Shown piece after piece: positions 62,408-64,000 of a DNA stretch of 64,000 nucleotides; position 1 is the stretch's first letter; the number at the start of each line of letters is the position of its first letter. The position numbers and the translations under genes were made by a program. The notes under the pieces were generated by a model. The model searched no databases, was not told where the DNA came from, and saw nothing but the letters and a program-made list of their open reading frames with translations. The stretch covers positions 65,040,001 to 65,104,000 of the forward strand of contig NC_086108.1 of assembly GCF_963921235.1 (NCBI RefSeq), in the 5' to 3' direction. Source of the DNA: Mobula hypostoma (Eukaryota).

Positions 62408-63044
62408 TATTTAGTTCGTCCAGCAGATTTGAGTTTTGAATACCTTTGCTTTCCCCCTTGAGTTTTCTCCATCCATTCATCTATGTTTTGCCATTTTAAA
62501 GGGTTTTCATTGATTAATTGCTGTATTGCCTTTCTGTTTTGATGTCAATCCTTCTGGGCAAGATCACTTTTTAACTCATTGATATTAGTCTTCCATGTGC
62601 TTGGAGCTGACCTTGGGATAGACCACAGTTGACCTCATTGTGTACAGTTTGGCCTGATCTCAAATATCACCATTCTGACTGTGCTCAACAAGGCAGCATG
62701 TTCAGATCGAGTTACCTAGTGATGTCTCATGGGGTTAGTGCTCTCCTGAAAGAAAAAAATGGACAATACGATTACCACCATAACTTTTGGATCTCTCTGT
62801 ATCTCTTCCACTATTGTGTGGCCTGGTCATGCAGTCCTTTATCCTGTGTTTGTATTGATCATCCCACAGCACTATATGGTTATGCTGTGAGCATTCTTTG
62901 CTAAACACATTTTGTTGCCTTTAAAGGCACTCACCTCCACTTTCACTCACCTTTACTTTCAGTAAATAAATGTGGCCCATTAGTTTCTCCCTCTTCTGTC
63001 TTTTATACAAAATTGCTCTATCTGAACAGCAAATATGCTGCAGT

Positions 63045-63333
63045 GGGCGCCACAGTACTGTAGCGTTTAGCGTGTCACTATTACAGCTCAGGGTGTTAGA
63101 GTTTTGGAGTTCATTTCCGGCGTCCTCTGTGAGGGGTTTGTATGCTCTCCCCGTAACCGCATGAGTTATCTCTGGGTACTCCGGTTTCCTCCCACATTCC
63201 AAAGATGTACCAGTTAGTAGGTTAGTTGATCGTTGTAAATTGTCCTGTGATTATTTAAATAGGTGGGTTGCTGGGCAATGTGGCTCATTTGGCCAAAAGG
63301 ACCTGTTCTGCACTGTATCTCTAAATAAAAATT
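63045..63333 (+). mobile_element. tRNA-derived V-SINE (HE1-like)
   Basis: B-box-like ggagttcatttcc; V-domain gggtactccggtttcctcccacattccaaagatgtac..gtaaattgtcc; ctgtatctctaaataaaa tail. Confidence 0.85.
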
Positions 63334-63821
63334 AAATTCAAACAGTCTGTTATTTTAGTTCGTAGGAATTGTAGCTGGAAACTCTTTGTAGTTTGTAAAT
63401 CTTCTATAATTCAGAAATCACTTATAAAACAGAAATCCTCTGGGTTAAATGTGTGTTAAGAACTATTTGTCTAAACTTAAATATGTATCATTAAAGATCA
63501 AATAAACTGTGTTTAAACTACTTCATTAGCTGGAAGTATCTCCTCCTTGGTACTAAGTGGGGGACCCACCACTCAAGCAGTGGGTATAGACAACTAGATC
63601 TGGCCACAGAGACTGGACTAGACAAGGAGGTAAGCTAATTCTTGAAGAGTAGGTGGATACAGTATAACCTCCCTGTACTGAGGTACTTATATCAGACAGG
63701 GCTCTTTATAATTTAGGGCTTTGCTGACAGTGAAGCTTATACCGCCAAAGGGTAGAGGAACTAATGGCACAAGCAGAAGAACATATGTATGATATAAATG
63801 CTATTATGTAAATAAAATTGA

Positions 63822-64000
63822 TCAGAATCAGATTTAATGTCACTGGCATATGTTGTGAGACTTGTTGACTTTGCAGCAGTAGTACAATGCAATACGGTGA
63901 ATTACATTAAGTATATATATGTATACAGCATATGAAAGATAAGAAAAAAGTAGTGAGGTAGTGTTCATGGGGTTGACGTCCATTCAGAAATCGGATGGCA
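63822..64000 (-). mobile_element. Rex1-like LINE 3' end (runs off the window)
   Basis: tcagaatcagatttaatgtcactggcatatgttgtga, similar to 56497-56700. Confidence 0.75.

Noticed and set aside
63045..63125. tRNA-like A/B box sequence as a tRNA gene
   Set aside because: It is a SINE head followed by a V-domain and LINE-like tail; there is no complete cloverleaf.
27285..64000. Search for the NFIA terminal exon (SWYLG*)
   Set aside because: Reading by eye, I found no TCN-TGG-TAY-YTN-GGN after an acceptor; it probably lies beyond the window, though I may have missed it.

Overview
Eukaryotic, repeat-rich intronic DNA, most likely from a cartilaginous fish (ray or shark; inferred from the V-SINE/CR1/Rex1/Penelope repeat mix). 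The only host coding sequence I can support is two + strand exons of Nuclear Factor I A (NFIA): 24387-24552 (166 nt) and 27193-27284 (92 nt). They encode the proline-rich C-terminal transactivation region, and the ORF track misses both. I did not find the preceding exon or the terminal SWYLG* exon, so the rest of the window is probably NFIA intron. It holds CR1, Rex1/Babar and L2 LINE fragments, V-SINEs, a decayed hAT (Buster/Charlie) transposon, a PIF/Harbinger MITE and three mariner-derived fold-back elements with internally repeated TIRs. The most striking system is a family of Neptune-type Penelope-like elements (RT + GIY-YIG) carrying minimal hammerhead ribozymes. Four insertions of 153 bp to 1.9 kb share one architecture: a 14-15 bp TSD, an inverted copy of the 3' terminus, and a 27-42 nt unpaired tail. 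One hammerhead core is intact and sits on the NFIA sense strand. Repeat boundaries are approximate unless TSD/TIR coordinates are given.
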